Origin: Nitrospirales bacterium
GTDB taxonomy: Bacteria > Nitrospirota > Nitrospiria > Nitrospirales > UBA8639
Reading direction: 5' to 3'
NCBI GenBank assembly: GCA_965223295.1
Contig: CBDCWC010000002.1
Location: 768,001 to 832,000 of the forward strand
DNA: 64,000 nucleotides
Within the stretch, counting starts at the first letter, position 1; the number at the start of each line of letters is the position of its first letter. The position numbers and the translations under genes were made by a program. The notes below the pieces were generated by a model, which was not told the origin of the DNA, did no database searches, and was given only the letters and a program-made list of their open reading frames with translations. Positions 60,975-64,000 of this stretch are shown here, piece after piece.

Positions 60975-62492
60975 ATGAAATCTCTTTGCCGAATGATAAT
61001 ACTTAGTGGAAGCTTGTTGGCTACGAACGCTTTATTAGGATGTGCTGGGGGCCCGCATGTAAGCTTCCCCGTCAAGCGGACAGGTCATAACTAGAGTGTT
61101 CTGGTGTTGGTTGATAATAGGCACAGGGCGGTGTTCCCCGTAGCGCGTCATGTGGGCGGTGTTCATTGTAGATGGTCATCCACTCGGACGTGAGTTCCCG
61201 CACTTCCTCTAAACTCCGAAACAGATAGAGATTCAGCACTTCATTCCGATAGGTGCGATTGAATCGTTCAATAAATGCATTCTGTGTGGGACAACCGGGT
61301 TGAATGTGATAGATCAACACGCGATTGGCTTTTCCCCAATCTTTTAGTGCCTGTGAGAGAAATTCTGGTCCGTTATCAACCCGAATCATGTGAGGTAACT
61401 CCCGCTCAGTCTTCAAGCGGTCCAACACGCGGATAATCCGTTCAGCTCTTAGAGAGGTATCAATCTCAATCGCCAAGACCTCCCGATTGAAGTCATCGAG
61501 GATATTGAAGGTGCGAAACCGCGTGCCGTGATACAAGGTATCGCTCATGAAGTCGGCTGACCACACCTCATTGGGACCTTCTGGCACAAACACCGGCCAG
61601 GAAGGACACTTGGGCAGCTGGCGTCTGGTGCGACGAGGCTGATTGTGTCCTAACTGCCGATAGACGCGGTACACCCGTTTGTGATTCCAGACATGTCCGA
61701 GGACTCGCAATCGCCGGATATATTTCCAGATGCCCCAGCGCGGGTACTGCTCCACTAACTGATTCAGGGCCTCAATAATTTCCTGATCACGGATCTGCCA
61801 ATCAACGGGCGCTTGGTAATACGCCGACCGAGAAAATTTGAGAGCCACACACCCTCGTGTGATCGAGACGCCATGTGTCTCTTGTAGGGACTGAATGGCC
61901 TCCCGTTTCTCCGCCGGCGTTAGAGCTTTTTTTCGATCAAATCCTTCAGCGCCCGATTCTCTAAGGCCAGATCCGCATACATCCGTTTAAGCTTCGAGAG
62001 TTCGCCTTCTGTTTCTTTGAGGCGTTTCAGATCCGAGGCTTCTAAGCCCCCGTACTTCGCTTTCCAATTGTAATAGGTCGCATCACTGATGCCATGCTCC
62101 CGGCACAAGTCTTTGATCTTGATGCCGGCGTCACCTTGTTTCAAGATGGCGACGATTTGGGTTTCGCTGAATCGACTCGTTTTCATGAGAACCTCCTGGG
62201 ATCATTCTGCCAGAACGCTCTACTTTTGGTCTGTTCGGATTTAGGGGAAGCTTACACGCAGTCAGCGAGTTTCGGAGAACATGTTGATGACAGTGTCATA
62301 ACGACCAAAGTCAAGACAGCATTGCTAGGTGCTTCTGATGTGTCAGCCTTTGATATTAGTGTAAGCACCTTCAAGGGTCGCGTTCAGTTGAATGGCCTCG
62401 TGGACGACGCGAATCAAATGGAAAAAGCAGGGCAACTGGCACGAGATGTGAACGGGGTCACTTCAGTAGAAAACAATTTATCTATTAAATGA
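60975..62492 (+). pseudogene. BON-domain lipoprotein interrupted by IS3 copy 2
   Basis: AGGAGG RBS. Removing the IS restores MKSLCR...LLGCAGGPQSASFGEHVDDSVITTKVK. Confidence 0.9.
61058..62256 (-). mobile_element. IS3-family element, copy 2 (1199 bp)
   Basis: Same IRs, 4-bp target duplication CGCA, orfA 61920..62186 and orfB 61072..61848. Confidence 0.95.
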
Positions 62493-62501
62493 GTTCGTGT
62501 A

Positions 62502-62861
62502 TTGATGTGTAGACTAGAGAAAGCGATAGAGCTTCATGTACAAGAGTCCAATGATAGGCAACCTGGCTTTCTTGTGGTGTCTGCAATTGTTATTGCTGGC
62601 TTGTTTGCAGGATGTGCAGGTTCATCACTTCGGGAAAGTACGGGAGAATATGTAGACGACAGTGTGATTTCTGCGAAGGTGAAAACTGATCTTCTGCGAT
62701 GCCCGATGGTTTCAGGGTTTGACATTCACGTCGAAACGTTTAAGAATCGTGTGCAATTAAATGGATTCGTGGACAATGTCAAGCAGGCTGAACAAGCGGT
62801 CAAACTCGCCAAAGAAATTGGAGGCGTAGAAGCCATTGAAAACCACCTCAGCATCAAATAG
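62502..62861 (+). CDS. BON-domain lipoprotein
   Basis: FAGC lipobox; GEYVDDSVISAKVK...VQLNGFVD. Confidence 0.88.
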   Translation: MMCRLEKAIELHVQESNDRQPGFLVVSAIVIAGLFAGCAGSSLRESTGEYVDDSVISAKVKTDLLRCPMVSGFDIHVETFKNRVQLNGFVDNVKQAEQAVKLAKEIGGVEAIENHLSIK

Positions 62862-63309
62862 GTTCAGCATCAAATTGGGTAACTATAACAGTCTAGCCTC
62901 GGTTTCACAGCAGGTGTAAGGTCTTCTCGAAACAGCCGTTACACATTCCTCCTCGATCGGCTCCCACCGTCCTCTTATAGAATGCTGACAAACCGATTAT
63001 AAAGCGTATGGCGAGTGAGCCAAAGACATTCACGATAGATGCATCAGGAGATGGGGCGATATTTTCAATGAAGTCTACAAACTCGAATACGAAAGGGAGT
63101 TGAACAAAGAGATCCCAAATGGAACATAGCCATGAGATCCACACGACTCTCAATCGAGTATCAGGCTAGTTCAGGATCATAGATGTACATCTAAGAATGA
63201 GTGTATTCCGTATGTTGAGGTAGCATCGATAGCGCGGCAGGTTGTGAGGCAATTCGGGTATCTCATTCGGCAATAACCGTACTTGCAAGTGCAACAGAGG
63301 TTGTGCTTA

Positions 63310-64000
63310 TCAGTTTACTATTTTGGGACTTGGTATGGGCACCTGAAAATGTTGAATGGCGAATTCTACACGGTCTTGAACATTCATAAGTGTGTCAGCA
63401 GATTTTTCAACCAAGTGCAACCTAGGTAATAAACCTGCGCGGTTGGCTATTTGAATATTCAGTCCTGGGCGGGCATTGACTTCCAGAAGGAGAGGCCCTC
63501 GTTCTTTATCTAAGACGATGTCCACACCTAAATACCCCAATTTAAAAATATCGTAGCATTTAGAGGCTAACTCCAGAAGGGTTTTCCACTCAGGGATCTG
63601 AATTCCGGTAACTTGGTTGGCAGTATCGGGGTGTTCGGTAACAATGTCATTGAACAACACTGCAGATAATGTCGTACCCGTGGCCAAATCAACGCCCACT
63701 CCCAAGGCGCCTTGATGCAAATTGGCTTTTCCATCAGACATTCTCGTTGGCAGACGAGCCATCGCCATCACCGGAACTCCTAAAAGGACGATGATCCGAA
63801 CGTCTGGGACCCCTTGGTAACTAATGGATTCAAAGATCGGTTCTGAATTCACGCAGTACTCGACTAGTGCTATATCAGCACCCCCACCTAGGCTGTACAT
63901 ACCGCTAAGGACATTCGAAATGTGATGTTCGAGTTTTGGTAGGGTGAGCAAGGTCCCATTGGCTTTTCGGTATTTATTTTTGACCACACCTTTAATCACG
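63310..64000 (-). CDS. Alpha-L-glutamate ligase-like ATP-grasp protein (5' end outside window)
   Basis: GVPDVRIIV, ANLHQGA, GVDIVLD and LEVNARPGL.IQ.AN. Confidence 0.85.
   Translation of the reverse strand, partial: VIKGVVKNKYRKANGTLLTLPKLEHHISNVLSGMYSLGGGADIALVEYCVNSEPIFESISYQGVPDVRIIVLLGVPVMAMARLPTRMSDGKANLHQGALGVGVDLATGTTLSAVLFNDIVTEHPDTANQVTGIQIPEWKTLLELASKCYDIFKLGYLGVDIVLDKERGPLLLEVNARPGLNIQIANRAGLLPRLHLVEKSADTLMNVQDRVEFAIQHFQVPIPSPKIVN

Noticed and set aside
25554-62256. Composite transposon bounded by the two IS3 copies
   Set aside because: Each copy has its own target duplication and interrupts a different gene.
1-64000. rRNA, tRNA or riboswitch genes
   Set aside because: None recognised by eye; an Infernal/Rfam scan would be needed to exclude them.

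Overview
Bacterial DNA that is almost entirely a ~62 kb general-stress/osmotic/desiccation gene cluster: CsbD, many BON and PRC-barrel proteins, PepSY, YtxH, YihY x2, AI-2E x2, hemerythrin-like x2, Fe/Mn-SOD, catalase, MscS, MgtE, TrkH, Pmp3, AsmA, a DUF3618/holin-like set, and a CheB-CheR-PAS gene with two hybrid kinases. The gene repertoire suggests a Nitrospirota-like organism, but this is inference only. Main finding: an oriented 36-bp pseudo-palindrome, TRGACA(TTT)-N18-(WTT)TGTCYA, precedes about 18 transcription units. It often lies 23-25 nt upstream of a TAnnnT -10-like hexamer. One copy precedes an unusual three-gene operon (REC-DUF2934, an HTH protein with HxxxCxxC, and a membrane-anchored protein) that is the best candidate regulator, so this may be an undescribed general stress regulon. 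The cluster appears to be decaying: two near-identical IS3-family copies interrupt genes, and several genes carry frameshifts or nonsense codons, including the candidate receiver gene. All family calls come from motif recognition by eye, not from database searches.
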